DNA from: Octopus bimaculoides
Taxonomy: Eukaryota
Direction of reading: 5' to 3'
Assembly: GCF_001194135.2 (NCBI RefSeq)
Contig: NC_068988.1
Location: forward strand, 25,489,188-25,553,187
Length of the DNA stretch: 64,000 nucleotides
How positions within the stretch are numbered: the first letter of the stretch is position 1; the number at the start of each line of letters is the position of its first letter. Both the position numbers and the translations under genes were made by a program. The notes below the pieces were generated by a model, which was given only the letters and a program-made list of their open reading frames with translations, was not told the DNA's origin and searched no databases. Shown piece by piece: positions 1 to 14,809 of the stretch.

Positions 1-1134
1 TCAAATATATTTGCAGTTGGCTATGTAAAGGAAAAGTAAATGCTGAATAGTTTTGGGATTAGAAAGGATAGTCTATTTATCTAGAGTAATATGTAACCGG
101 AGTGTGAATAGAAGTGTAAGACTGAATTGGTTTATTAGATGAGTGGTACTGATCAAGGACATATATGGCCTCTGAAGATCCATATAAATCGTTTGGGGTC
201 TACGCAACAGAATAGTAAATTGTGGATCCACAATAGTATTTAGAGGGTCCCTGAAAAATTTTACTTTAGATGTACATATTGGTATGTATTACCAAAAACC
301 ACTGGGTTTCTTTCGCTAACATTTCACATCGTTCAACATGTACAAGTTAATGCGTGAAAACAAGATCGGTATTTTGAAAGATATATCTATAAAGCTTTTA
401 AACTTCGAATGAATAAGTGAAGTTGACCAGAACAAAATGGTAATTAAAGGAGTTCAGAAAAAAAAAATTCAGAACCCTTAACTTAGTTGAAGTAGAATTG
501 CAGATAAATGAACAGTATGAAATCCAGGGATCTATATTCTATCTGGTAGTGATAATCAGATTTCTTGGGTGCGGTGTATCTTTTCAACTGGAACGAGATA
601 AATGGCAATTTAAATGGTTTGCCTCAGGAAGGACTATTGTTCGTCCTACAATATGTGGAGTCTAGCTTCCACATGGACTTGGTGAACAATATTGTAGCTA
701 CGTGATGGAAGTGGAAGGGATAACTTTAATTTATGACCTATTTTAGGCGGAATGTATTTTTGATCAATCTTAGTAGTGCTGTGGAGAATAAATTATAAAT
801 AGATATCAATCTAAGTGTTATTTCCAAAAGTGTAATTTTCAACATAATTCTTTGTTTCTCATTATATATGGTCTATTAACTCTATAATTAAACTTCAATG
901 TGACGATCTTTACTGAGAATGTGTACCCAGACATTCATTTCAGCTATCACATTATTCAGAGTTTATTACCAGGAGCCGTTTAGATATATTCTAGAATATG
1001 AAATAAGGGTTAATATCAATTAATTAATATGGATAACACTGACTCTCGAATATATTCTATACTGTCAGAATCAGATATTTAAGTAATAAACTTTTTCTCT
1101 CATAAACGTGTGAAATTTTTTTTTTTTTTTTCAG

Positions 1135-1189
1135 AATTATATCAGGAATATCAGCAAAAACAAGAAATTAGTTATCGTTTTTATGTCAA
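1135..1189 (+). other. Exon-like element on the plus strand
   Basis: Long T tract plus cag acceptor, 55 nt, open as xLYQEYQQKQEISYRFYV(K), donor |gtaatt. Confidence 0.3.
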
Positions 1190-4100
1190 GTAATTTTGGT
1201 TTTATTGTAAAAATTACTACAACATAAATTCTAGGTCAAGAAGCAATTCCAACATGAGTGTCTTAATTAGGGAATCAGCATTTCATGTTGAAAAGCACAT
1301 TTCAAATGGTGTTCGACGTATGTAACCGTCACGATGTTCTGTGTAAAGTTATACAGGTATGTATGAGATTGTATGCATACATACATACACACGCGCACGC
1401 ATACACACACACACATATACATATATATATATGATAAGAAAGGAAGAATAGTGATGCGAAAGAATGGTGATAGTGAGAATCACAGAAAGATAGAGTGAGA
1501 CTGAAATGATTATAAACGCAACTGTATATCTTCAGTGAGATACGAGTAAGAAAGAAACAATAGTTTAGTTGTAACTTACCTGAGAGTCTGGAAGCTTAGG
1601 TATGCACGTATTGAGAATAAAATATGTCATCTGGCATGACTCAACTCATCCTTATGATTTTAGAACAAATTATCAGCACTTCATAGAATCATTAGAATCA
1701 TATATATATATATNNNNNNNNNNNNNNNNNNNNNNNNNNNNNNNNNNNNNNNNNNNNNNNNNNNNNNNNNNNNNNNNNNNNNNNNNNNNNNNNNNNNNNN
1801 NNNNNNNNNNNNNNNNNNNNNNNNNNNNNNNNNNNNNNNNNNNNNNNNNNNNNNNNNNNNNNNNNNNNNNNNNNNNNNNNNNNNNNNNNNNNNNNNNNNN
1901 NNNNNNNNNNNNNNNNNNNNNNNNNNNNNNNNNNNNNNNNNNNNNNNNNNNNNNNNNNNNNNNNNNNNNNNNNNNNNTATATATATATATATATGCATAT
2001 ATATATAAGTAATACCATACATACATACGCATATGTCATGTATATATATATATATATATATATATTTATACATATTATATTAAATATGCATATATTATTT
2101 ATTTGTATACATATATATGCAAATGTATGTGCATATATATATATATCCGTATATATATATGTACACTCACACACAAACACTCTCACACATATATATAGAT
2201 GAACATATGTACACAATACAGTACGTTAGTATAGTGGAATTAAGCGTGGAAAAGCAGCAGCAACGAAAGAGGTGATGAAAAACTGATAATAGATATTAAA
2301 ATTGTCCATTCGTTCAAAAAGCAGTGCTTGTAATAATCAAGTAGATTTTTTTTTTCAAATATCAAAAATGAATGCGTTGCTTTTAAAATAAATCTTATAT
2401 TGAAAAATGTATAGTCACATGCAAGTAAATATTTAGCGTGGTTTCTTCCAGCTGTTTACCGTGTTCGACATTCGGACTTGCAGTGTCTGTAAAATAGTGT
2501 GCAATTAATACTGGACACGATTGAAATGACTGCTGTTTTGTGCCGACATGCAATGACCTAGAATGTTACAATAAAAGCAAAGTCTCCGTACAAACGTAAG
2601 TCTAATTATTATGGAATTACAATCCACGACCATCACAATGGCATTCACTCACACGTACATACTATTATCTCCCCATAGAAGAATACAAGAATAACGCATT
2701 AGAATCAGACGTATGCATGGTGAAGAGTACAACACTCCAGTTTTAGAAGTTGTCAGTTTTCTCGCTAAAGCACTTTCAGCTTTATATATATATATATATA
2801 TACAGAAAATGCATACATACATGCATACACGTACACACACATGCTATGGAAAATCTTTTTCTCAATATAATTTACGATTATTTCAATTGTAATATATTTA
2901 TAAGTAAATAAAAAAAAAATAGAAGGAAAACAGTTTATCATTTCATTATTAAATTCATTCATAATCCTTCGATCAGATTGAACATCGCATATGCCTAACT
3001 ATCATCATATAACTAATGAACATTAATGCCCTTGAAAAATAAATGAACTTCAAAATGATTTATATAAAGATTGCTCCAGAATACGCCTCGTTTTGCCTAT
3101 TCATAAAATTGCTACTTCATTCAGAAATTAAAATTCCCTCTCTATCAAAATATCACACACAGCAAAAGTTCATTACAACTGTGTACGTGGTGAATGATAT
3201 TCTTTCTCCTCTTGCGTCGGTCTATTCATTGAATTCTATTTCCAAAATAAATCCATATTTCAACTATTGAAATCTAACACGGCAGTTGAATGAACCAATA
3301 TGTTATTATAAAAACAGCCATTTTTAGCAACACAGAATTTGAATGGTTTTGAGATTATCAAGTGCATCTCTTTCTTATTAAAATGTTAGCACCCACCAAT
3401 GTTTCTATCAACGCCAGATGCTGTATTTTGTTTCTGAACAAACAAAAAATATACATTCATATTTGTATATATTAATATTTGTATGTTTGTATGCAACATG
3501 ACTACCTATGTATGTACATATGTTTCTATCTAACGATTTCTCTAACTTCTGACTGTCTGCCTTTCTCAGTCTCTACATATATGAGAAAATATATGTATAT
3601 AAATGCACACACTCGTTTATGTGTGTACGTACATATACACATTCGCATATACATGCGTTCGCACGTGAGTGGGAGAGTAAGAGACAGTATAGAAAGAGTA
3701 ACAGAAAGAAAGAGTAACAGAAAGATAGAGGAAGAGTAAGAGCGAGAGAAAGAGAGAGAGAAAGAGAGAGAGAAAATGCGTGTATTTGTCTGCGTATCTG
3801 AGGAGGACAACGTGTGATGCCTATAATTACGTATTCAGAGGATGAGTATTTGTGTAATTGTTTAGTACACAGAAATTTAGATATTTTTGTCCATCCAGAT
3901 GTTTCAAATATAAATAAGTCGCACTGTTTTGACAATTTGCCAACCATTTAGTTTGGGCGGAGTATTACAAATCATGGAAGCTTTAAGTAATTTTATTTCT
4001 AACGTGGCTTACATCACAGAGCTTATGCTTTCGATCAAATCATACCTTAGTAAATCGAATCGCTCAATAAGTATTCTAGGTTTATTACGCATGTATAATC

Positions 4101-4516
4101 GCAGGTAACACATTCAACAAACTTGGTTTAGCTGTACTCAGTTCACAAGAATATGTCGCTATGAAATACTTCTCTTAACATAACACTTAAGAACATGTTG
4201 CAATGCAAAGATAAGTGAGATTTTTTTTGCATCGCTAAAGCATTTAATTTCAAATTCCGTGAGGGTGAAGTTAGCTTTGTATTATTCCGATGTACTTAAA
4301 ATATGTGTGCGCATGCACTTTGCGCGTATTTCTCTCCCCCTCTCTTTATCTCTCTCTTTCTATCTTTATCTGTCTATCTATCTATCTATCTACCTATCTA
4401 TTCGTGTATATATATTCATTTACCTATGTACACACACACTCACACAGACACACAAAATACACATGTGTGTATATATATATATATATAAAGGTATGAATAT
4501 ATACACATATTACATA

Positions 4517-4574
<58 letters not shown>

Positions 4575-6083
4575 CATACGCACAGACATACATACATTCT
4601 TACATACATTCATTCATACATACATACACAAACACACATTCACCAACGCGCCCACCCACACAGTCAGACTCTCACACACATTTCTACAAATATTTTCGAT
4701 TAAATACGCTATAAAAATTTCCATTCTGCACTTGACTTTATTAGTTACACATGAATGAACACTGAAAAAGTAGAGTTCAAACATCAACGATAATTTCACA
4801 GATATAAGTTCTCTATTTAACAGGTTACTTGAATTTTTGAATATAATCTTTCGTCTATTATTTATTAAACCCAAATAAACCTATACGCTTTGAGAACTCT
4901 AGATAGAAATGTTGATATGTAACTAATGACTGCTAGAGAAAAGTTTGAAATAAATATAGTTTACCACTTTCCGTTTTAACTATCTAATTTATCTTAACGC
5001 GATGAATAGTTATAGACTGCATGCTTAGAATATGCATACCGAATAAATTACTGCAAGAATGTTTCATATAAATAATATTATTGGAACGGCACAAATTATA
5101 TCTTATATTACATCTAAATATGTTATTCCCCATAAATGCTATTTAACTGTCAATTTATCGAAATGACACCATTGAAAACATTGATTTAATTTCTTTTTTT
5201 TTTCCGTTATGTGACACGACAAGCTAATACATATATGGAATGGTCAACATTTTTGCGTACATTCAATGAAAATCGAGTATTAAATATAACATAAAATATG
5301 TTCAAGTTAATAGATGCCGAAGCTTTTTGAATCTTGTATACGACTTTTCACGTTTCCGATCAACACCGAAATTCATCTCATACTGTATAGTTTAAACAGA
5401 GACTATGGTACATGACACATCCACAAGAATAGGATTGAAATGGAGCCATACATAGTTTGACAGGTAGACAGATATGGAGAGAGATACATATATATGTGTT
5501 AGCAGAGTGCATAGATAGATATGTAGGGAGAGGCTTGTATATAACTTATTTTATTGATTCTGTTCACAGGCTTACACAAATTAACAAATTGATGAAATTA
5601 CTGTATCATCGGAAAGAATGCGCTGCATTATTTGTTATTTGATCTGGCCGAACTTTTCCTTTCATTTTCTTGGTGGGGGTGGATGGGAAATAGAGGAGTA
5701 TTGATAATAAATTGCCATTTAATTACTGCAATCGATTCTTCTCTATCTTTTAATTCCCTCTCTTCTTTCTTCCCCACGCTCCCTCTCTCTCTCTCTCTCT
5801 CTCTCTCTGTTTCTCTCTTGGTGTTTCTCCCCCTATCAACGAATTAGATACGTTGTTCTGTGTCAAGTGTCATGGAGTACAGTAATAATTTAATTCACTC
5901 GTCAAATAGAAAAAAAAAAGAAGGACGGGGCTAGCAAGTATATATCATAGAAAATAATATGATATGATTAGTAACCGTGGTATAAGTTTAGGTAAGGGCC
6001 TGTCGACGCAAATTTGGTACACCGATGTACGCTACCTATTACAAAACACTAACACTGTAAGGAATAACCAAAATCAATTATTA

Positions 6084-6468
6084 GGCTGTGGTCATGCTGG
6101 GGCACTACCTTGAAGAATTTTAGTCGAATGAATCGAACCCAGCACTTATTTTTTTTTCTTTTAATCCTGGTATTCTATCGGATTTATGTGGCCGAACCAC
6201 TAAGTTGCAGGAACGTAAACATACCAACACCGGTTCTCAAGAGTTGGGGGTGGAGAGGGGCAAATACAGTGACAAAGACACACACACATATGTGTGTGTG
6301 TGTATGAGTGTGTGTGTCTGACAGGCTTCTTTCAATTTCCGCCTACCAAATTCACTCAGGCTTTAGTTCATCCAAGGCTGTGTTAGAAAACGCCTAAGTT
6401 GCCACGCCAGTGAGACCAAACACTGAACCACGGGGTTGGGAAGTAAGCTTCTTATCACATCATACGCC
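6084..6468 (-). mobile_element. tRNA-derived SINE family B (CORE-like motif, internal CA/TG microsatellite)
   Basis: Homologous to 25710-26098. The tRNA-like head is at the right end, and the plus-strand tail reads gctgtggtcatgctggggcac...gccgaaccactaagttgcaggaacgtaaacatacc. Confidence 0.85.
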
Positions 6469-6599
6469 TATTAACTCTTGTAAAGTGGTTTGATACAAGG
6501 AAATATTTATGAATTACATCGCATTTCGATCTATCTATTTGCTCTTGTTTACTTTTCTACGAAAAAAACGTGAAAGCACAGTTACGCTCTTTGAACGCC

Positions 6600-6649
<50 letters not shown>

Positions 6650-6809
6650 AAAATATTAGTAGTAAAGCAGCAACAACAACAACAGTATTAGTAGTATTAG
6701 TAGTAGTCGTAGTAGTAGCAGCAACAGCAGCAGCAGTAGCAGTCACAGCAGTATCAACCGCAGCAGTAGAAGCTGCAGCAGTCGCAATAGCAGCAGCAGC
6801 AGCAGCGGC

Positions 6810-6877
<68 letters not shown>
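6600..6877. repeat. Compound trinucleotide microsatellite (AGT)n-(AAC/AGC mix)-(AGT)n
   Basis: Read directly; it explains the poly-V/T/L/A ORFs in the track. Confidence 0.97.
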
Positions 6878-7711
6878 CTGATCTTCCCATTTATTTATTT
6901 CCACTCGTAATTCATTGCTCAGTCCAGTGCAGCATATTGACGACATCAAACTGGAATATACACGCTTGCAAAGAGAAATCTTAAAAACACAGCCACGCCT
7001 TCGCCCTTTTAAAGTTAGAATTATCAAAACTGTTCAATATTCGGTTAAAATCTCGATAATATTGATTGTTTCTGAACTCAGTGCGTCATTGATTTTAAAT
7101 TCTTGTTAAATTCTGGTATTAAAACCAATTTACTATCTGGAAATGTATTGGGTATTACGTCCTTCCTAAGATAATTGCGGTTAAGGGCTAATACATCAAA
7201 GTGTTATAGTTTATGTATCATTTTAGAACGTTTAAGATATAAGACTACTGTTTCTCCATCAGATTTGATGCAGATTAACAACATTTTCTCTACATTACAA
7301 ATAGCCCCTTTCTCAGTTCATCCCTATAATTGATGTTGCAATGATGTCAGAAAAATAGATGAGCATAAATTATGGTTTGAAATCGAATTACAACATGTAA
7401 CTATGGACTAAGCTCTAATTGCTGATTCACAGCTAAAATCGTCCCCTAAAGTATATAATTCTTCATTATGTTATACAATATTAAGCCGTATTAAACTGAG
7501 GAAATTTGCAACGTTAAGCCGAAAAGTAAATTACAGGGAAGATTTGGTTTAACCAAATGCACAAACTTTTCTATTAAAATCTAAAGAGCATTCTTAACAT
7601 GAAAGGGTTTCTAGTCGGAGATTTCATCCGTTAATTACCTACATGCATGTTTCAATTAAATCCTTCTAACTCAGGTCAATATATATACTCCTACATTATT
7701 TGTAACTACGA

Positions 7712-7931
7712 GGCGGCAGCTGGCAGAATCGCTATCACGCCGGGCGAAATGCTTAGCGGTATTTCGTCTGTCTTAACGTTCTGAGTTCAAATTCCACCGA
7801 GGTTGACTTTACCATTCATCCTTTCGCGGTCGATAAATTAAGTACCAGTTGCGTATTGGGGTTGATCTAATCAAATGGCCCCCTTCCCCCACCAAATTTC
7901 AGGCCTTGTGCCTATAGTGGAAAGGATTATT
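7712..7931 (+). mobile_element. tRNA-derived SINE family A, full length
   Basis: 5' ggcggcagctggcagaatc (A box), gagttcaaattcc (B box), central gaggttgactttaccattcatcctttcgcggtcgataaattaagtaccag and 3' ggccttgtgcctatagtggaaagg. Homologous to the copies at 26126, 29606, 55662 and 46830. Confidence 0.9.
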
Positions 7932-8499
7932 TGTAGCCACACATTTTGGAGAATAAAGCAGTATGCACCGGTTAAATAATTAAAATGAAAGTATTTACTT
8001 AATTAATAGCCACATGATAAGTTTACTTTTCAGAAAGGATAGCATTCAATTAAAATGGTAATATGTTCGCTGACGGAATGCTTAATTTAATAGTATAAAA
8101 TTGATAACTATATCAAATAAAACAACAAATCTAGTTAAATATAAATAAATAATTTAGCCTATCTAAATTTTAAATGAGACTGTAATTATTATGCAGTGCA
8201 CTTTGAACTTTTGTGTGTATGTGTATATATAATTATATTGATAAAATAACCGAATTGCAATGTTTCCGATGCTTAAGACAAACATTTGTATATGCTAACC
8301 ACACATAAAAATGCACGCATACACGTACACACATACACATAAGAATTTACATGCATATACGTGTGCTTGTGTAAATACGTGCGTATGTCTTACTCTTCCT
8401 TTTTCCTTCTCCCTCTAACTCTCTCTGTATATATGCATACATACTCATAGACATACATAGAAACACAAAAACACACTCTCATATATATAAATCTGAAAC

Positions 8500-8668
8500 T
8501 ATGTTTGTATGCATGCATGTATATGTATATCGACCAATGTACACGCACATGCCTACGCACATGCCTACGCACATGGCTTCCGGACACGACCTTCTGGATG
8601 ATTGGCTTCATTGATAGTGACCTTGGTTGTTCATTGCTTTGAATGAGCCACAAAATAGATTTATACCT
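8500..8668 (+). repeat. Copy 1 of a near-identical inverted repeat pair (169 bp, contains a 12-bp minisatellite)
   Basis: Matches the reverse complement of 14284-14476 except for one substitution in the unique core and two fewer cacatgcctacg-type units. Confidence 0.95.
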
Positions 8669-9995
8669 TTGTTTCCATGAGAGATACAAATCACCACGTA
8701 AGAATATTATAAAAGATTGCTATGAAAAATACTTTAAGATCCAATATGGCGATTTCACACTAGTAGAAAACTAGAGAAAACTAGAATAATAAACAGAAAG
8801 ATTTTAAAATGTTATTCTTTATATTTCTAATATTCTGGCATTCTGAAGTTCAGCAGAAGTGATTTCAGCGAATATGAATGCATAATATTGAACTTTATAA
8901 TTTTCACAAATAGATATATTACCATATCTAGAACATATAATTCCTTCCAAATTCTCGCCGGAGAGACACATTGACTAATGCAAGCAATTATCATATACGT
9001 TTTGGAAGAAGAATGAAATCCGTGTAACCAGAAACAAAGAAACATGAAACTGTTCATAGAGAACCTAATATTTTCCCCTATATGGTATTCATGTTTTGCA
9101 TATTTCACTTTTATACATCGAGTTAATTAAATATAAGTCTTGTTTTAACATTTGGGTTAAACGATAAAAGCGTATGGTAATACATACATAAAAATACATA
9201 TGCATGACCTGCTTTGCTAATGTTATATTAGTCATTACAGAGATATAATAGATAGCGTATTCTCAATGTGCGGAGTAGTGATGAATTATAAACCTATGTG
9301 TATGCACATCTATTTTATACAGTTTATATATGTATGTATATATCTACATGTATTTATATATAAATATATATATGTGTGTGCGTGTGTGTGTGCATGTGTG
9401 TGTGTGTGTGTGTGTATGTGTGTGTGTGTGTGTATGTCTATAGACGTACTCGCAATACACATACAAATACAGATATATACGTATATATTTATACGTACAG
9501 TATAAAATTGCACACATACGCCACATGCATATATTATATATGTATAAATTTATCCCTGACTTGCTGCATACAGATTTGTCTTATGTGGTACATTGTAGTT
9601 TTTCCTTAAATAATACCACGTATTTATCAATTAATCCTAATATTTATCATAACAATAAAAATAATAAAATTAATAAAGCTTGATAGAAGACCCAAGTGAA
9701 TGAAAACATTTTCTAGGAACTCACTTCAAATACGGGAATAGTTTGGCGCCAAGCAAAGAAAAATCGATGTCCTTTGGATTCAGTTGCTGTATTGAGGAAT
9801 TATTGAAGGTCACTTATAGTGCAATAAACCAATCGCTTGACCTGTTATTGAACGTCTGTGTATTGGATACTCTAATTGAGATTCTAGACATGAACCGAAT
9901 TTGAATTTACTCGCTAATATCCTACATTCACAAACAGACAACACACTTAAACAATTTCTAATCCTTTATGCAAACGCATAGGCGTAAAAAACGTA

Positions 9996-10051
<56 letters not shown>

Positions 10052-11097
10052 NNNNNNNNNNNNNNNNNNNNNNNNNNNNNNNNNNNNNNNNNNNNNNNNN
10101 NNNNNNNNNNNNNNNNNNNNNNNNNNNNNNNNNNNNNNNNNNNNNNNNNNNNNNNNNNNNNNNNNNNNNNNNNNNNNNNNNNNNNNNNNNNNNNNNNNNN
10201 NNNNNNNNNNNNNNNNNNNNNNNNNNNNNNNNNNNNNNNNNNNNNNNNNNNNNNNNNNNNNNNNNNNNNNNNNNNNNNNNNNNNNNNNNNNNNNNNNNNN
10301 NNNNNNNNNNNNNNNNNNNNNNNNNNNNNNNNNNNNNNNNNNNNNNNNNNNNNNNNNNNNNNNNNNNNNNNNNNNNNNNNNNNNNNNNNNNNNNNNNNNN
10401 NNNNNNNNNNNNNNNNNNNNNNNNNNNNNNNNNNNNNNNNNNNNNNNNNNNNNNNNNNNNNNNNNNNNNNNNNNNNNNNNNNNNNNNNNNNNNNNNNNNN
10501 NNNNNNNNNNNNNNNNNNNNNNNNNNNNNNNNNNNNNNNNNNNNNNNNNNNNNNNNNNNNNNNNNNNNNNNNNNNNNNNNNNNNNNNNNNNNNNNNNNNN
10601 NNNNNNNNNNNNNNNNNNNNNNNNNNNNNNNNNNNNNNNNNNNNNNNNNNNNNNNNNNNNNNNNNNNNNNNNNNNNNNNNNNNNNNNNNNNNNNNNNNNN
10701 NNNNNNNNNNNNNNNNNNNNNNNNNNNNNNNNNNNNNNNNNNNNNNNNNNNNNNNNNNNNNNNNNNNNNNNNNNNNNNNNNNNNNNNNNNNNNNNNNNNA
10801 TATATATATATATATATATATACACGCATTTCTAAGTTTTCACATATTTGCATTTACATTATTATTGTTGTATTTAACGTTGCTTTTTTAATAGTTTAAT
10901 TACTGCTTCTATATCTCAAATAATTGATATTGCTAAATTTGGCAAATTTGATTACATGTTACAACATACATTTTGTATGTATACATGCGTGTATGGGTAT
11001 ATGCACTACATACATACACATGTATATATGTATATGTATACACGCACACGCACACGCACATATGTAAGTGTGTGTTTGTGCGTGCGCGCGTGTGTGC

Positions 11098-11145
<48 letters not shown>

Positions 11146-13021
11146 GGATTTGGAAACAGCTCGCCTCAGACGCCAGTAAGTTTCTAGAGCCATTAAGTGA
11201 GAATATACACTGTTTCTGGACGTTCTCATATACGGGTGCATACGACGTTCATGTTGTCTCTGTACATGAGTGATTGTGGCTATCTTTAACTTGAGCCCCT
11301 TTATTATCGTTCCTGTCTTCATTCTCTCTATTTTATGTTACTTCGGGCGTGTGCTTTTTTATTAGCTTTTTGTTTGTCTTAAAAATCCGCGTATTTTCAT
11401 TCCATAAGTCTGTCCTCTTGTTGTTGACTAACGCATTTACTTACGTCGTTTAAGTTCTGGTTTCCCACCTTGTGATTATAACCTATAAAACTAATACAGT
11501 GTTTATGCTTGTCTGTTTCAATCGACATCAACTATCTATATTTGCGTAGGAGTGTGTCACAACTCTGTCAGCGCTGTTGCGTTTCAATTTACATTTCAAT
11601 AACTCTATTTACGGTACTTTCTAATAATCAATATCGTTGAACTTGTTATAATTTCAAATTTATTCAGTGTACATTTACGAAGCAAAATTCTGATAAATGT
11701 ATTAATAAAGAGAACGTTAAATTCCACTTTGGAGGCATAAAAATGCAACGAAAAGAAATGTCTGTGCAAAAATATTTGCAAACAAGATTCGAAAATATTT
11801 TATAGAAATGGAATGATTTTAAGCTGAATTTTAAAGCTATATGGAAATATTTTCTGAACGTTAATAATTGACTGATGGAATATTTTTCAGCTCCTTCGAT
11901 TTTAAATTTATTATTGTTTTTAATCCATTTTCTGTGGCGAATACATAATGCGAAATATGTTAAACGAAATATGACAATTCATGACCAGTTTCATTTTTCT
12001 ATGACAGCATTTTAATTTGCTACACCTTGTGAGTCTTCGTTTTCTTTAGCGATTGAGAAATAATTTATTTGTCAAGACATGTTTAAAACATTAAAATAAT
12101 CCAAGCTTAGTGAGTCATACATGATTTGAATTACATATCTCAATCAACTCGTATATTCATTCCATTAAATCATTCTTGTCACAAATAGTTGAAAGAAAAA
12201 AATACATGATGGAGGAAAGACAGATTAAGTACAATGCAAAATAAAATGCCTATCAAATTGCGTTTTCTTCTCTCGCTTTTTTATGTAACATGACGGTGGG
12301 GCAATAAACCAATTAAATTTTGTGTAATGTAGTGGATTCAATTTACTATAAAAATTCTAGTGACTGAACTAAATAGTAATGATGCATATAGATAAATTCA
12401 TTGATTTCGTTTTGAAATTTGTGCAGCATAAACAATAATTCGCAGTATCTATTTTAATATTTCTACTTTCAGCGTTGAAATAGTCTCGGCATTGTCTTAT
12501 TAATCCATAATTCCAGCAATTAATAAGTTAAGTAGGAGTCCCTACGCAAACATTAAATACGTATAAAAGTTATTCTTATGAATGAATTCAGTAATTATAA
12601 AAAATATGCAATAGAAACTTTTTTCCTATACTCTGAGATATAACATGAGTTTTATGCTATTGAAGATTTCGTACACGGTCACCGTATACAAAGTTGTGAT
12701 TTGTTCGATTCCTAGATACAAACTTTGAATTCGGACACCGGCAATATTTCAGACGTACTTATGAATGGATAGACTTAATAAATTTGTGTCATGGATGATA
12801 AATCTTGTAACATATTGAAACGTATATATAAATAAATATATTCTCAGACAAGAGCGACAGAGCGATTAATATTTAACTGTTTACCTGGCCGCAGGTCTTG
12901 TATTGAATATTTTGGGACCCGTAATATAAATCTGAAATACTCTGTTGAAACAAATTGAAATTATTTCCTATTTCATTGAAAAACTACGTACTGAATATTC
13001 TAATATATGTGGAATTCCGTG

Positions 13022-13062
<41 letters not shown>

Positions 13063-14283
13063 NNNNNNNNNNNNNNNNNNNNNNNNNNNNNNNNNNNNNN
13101 NNNNNNNNNNNNNNNNNNNNNNNNNNNNNNNNNNNNNNNNNNNNNNNNNNNNNNNNNNNNNNNNNNNNNNNNNNNNNNNNNNNNNNNNNNNNNNNNNNNN
13201 NNNNNNNNNNNNNNNNNNNNNNNNNNNNNNNNNNNNNNNNNNNNNNNNNNNNNNNNNNNNNNNNNNNNNNNNNNNNNNNNNNNNNNNNNNNNNNNNNNNN
13301 NNNNNNNNNNNNNNNNNNNNNNNNNNNNNNNNNNNNNNNNNNNNNNNNNNNNNNNNNNNNNNNNNNNNNNNNNNNNNNNNNNNNNNNNNNNNNNNNNNNN
13401 NNNNNNNNNNNNNNNNNNNNNNNNNNNNNNNNNNNNNNNNNNNNNNNNNNNNNNNNNNNNNNNNNNNNNNNNNNNNNNNNNNNNNNNNNNNNNNNNNNNN
13501 NNNNNNNNNNNNNNNNNNNNNNNNNNNNNNNNNNNNNNNNNNNNNNNNNNNNNNNNNNNNNNNNNNNNNNNNNNNNNNNNNNNNNNNNNNNNNNNNNNNN
13601 NNNNNNNNNNNNNNNNNNNNNNNNNNNNNNNNNNNNNNNNNNNNNNNNNNNNNNNNNNNNNNNNNNNNNNNNNNNNNNNTATATATATATAAATTTTGTT
13701 CTGAGAATATTTATTTAAGCTTCGATAACGATTTTTCCTATACAAGATTTAAGTGTTAATATAGAAGAAATGCAATATAATTTGTAATAACCATATATCA
13801 AATATAATGTAACATAACATATATGAAGTGATATTTTCAGTAAATAATAATAAATCCTAAATATAAAATTCAACAAAAACAATTTTCGGTGACTGGTTTG
13901 TCAAAATGGTTATTTCGCTCGCCAGTCGTACAGAAAATGATATGCCATGTATATTTCAATAAACATATCATCGTCTCAAAATTTGCAATTAGCCTCTTTA
14001 TGACTAGTAGCGTTTCTCAATATATGAATGTTACACGAATATACATCTATATTTTCTATAGTTCTCAAACGACTTGGAGACAATCATTACAATATAACAG
14101 CAGTTACTTAAACAGGTTTCAGAAAAAATTAGTGGAAGATGTGAATATATGAGTGTATGTGTAAGTTTGATTGTGTGTAGATGCGTCTGTATCTGTGTGT
14201 ACATGTGTGTGTGTATATGTGTGTGTGTGGGCGTGTGATAATATGCCAGTGTAACTGTAGCTATTTAGGCAAGCTTGAAACGC

Positions 14284-14476
14284 AGGTATAAATCTATTCT
14301 GTGGCTCATTCAAAGCAATGAACAACCAAGGTCACTATCAATGAAGCCAATCATCCAGAAGGTCGTGTCCGGAAGCCATGTGCGTAGGCATGTGTGTAGG
14401 CATGTGCGTAGGCATGTGCGTAGGCATGTGCGTGTACATTGGTCGATATACATATACATGCATGCATACAAACATA
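14284..14476 (-). repeat. Copy 2 of the inverted repeat pair (193 bp)
   Basis: aggtataaatctattctgtggctcattcaaagcaatgaacaaccaaggtcactatcaatgaagccaatcatccagaaggtcgtgtccggaagccatgtgcgtagg... is the reverse complement of copy 1. Confidence 0.95.
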
Positions 14477-14534
14477 CTTAAATGTGTGCGTATATGTATG
14501 CATATATACATATAGAAATATACATACATATACA

Positions 14535-14576
<42 letters not shown>

Positions 14577-14683
14577 TACATATATATACATATAAATGTA
14601 TATATATATATGTGTGTATGTATGTATAAATAAATATATATACATATATATGTATATATAAATATCTATATACATACACATAC

Positions 14684-14720
<37 letters not shown>

Positions 14721-14777
14721 TNNNNNNNNNNNNNNNNNNNNNNNNNNNATACACACACATATATACATATATAGTTT

Positions 14778-14809
<32 letters not shown>

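Noticed and set aside
190-307. Possible hAT/MITE terminus (ggggtc...ggtccctg...aaaaaccactg); similar hints at 48590-48630 and 49068-49110
   Set aside because: No matching second terminal inverted repeat or target-site duplication could be identified.
3397-3433. 37-nt minus-strand exon candidate with a good acceptor and gtgggt donor
   Set aside because: It creates a stop after the microexon, has a stop in phase 1, and shows no CCP features. It cannot be supported without RNA data.
7712-7800. tRNA-like A/B boxes in SINE heads
   Set aside because: No complete cloverleaf; they are part of multi-copy SINEs, not tRNA genes.
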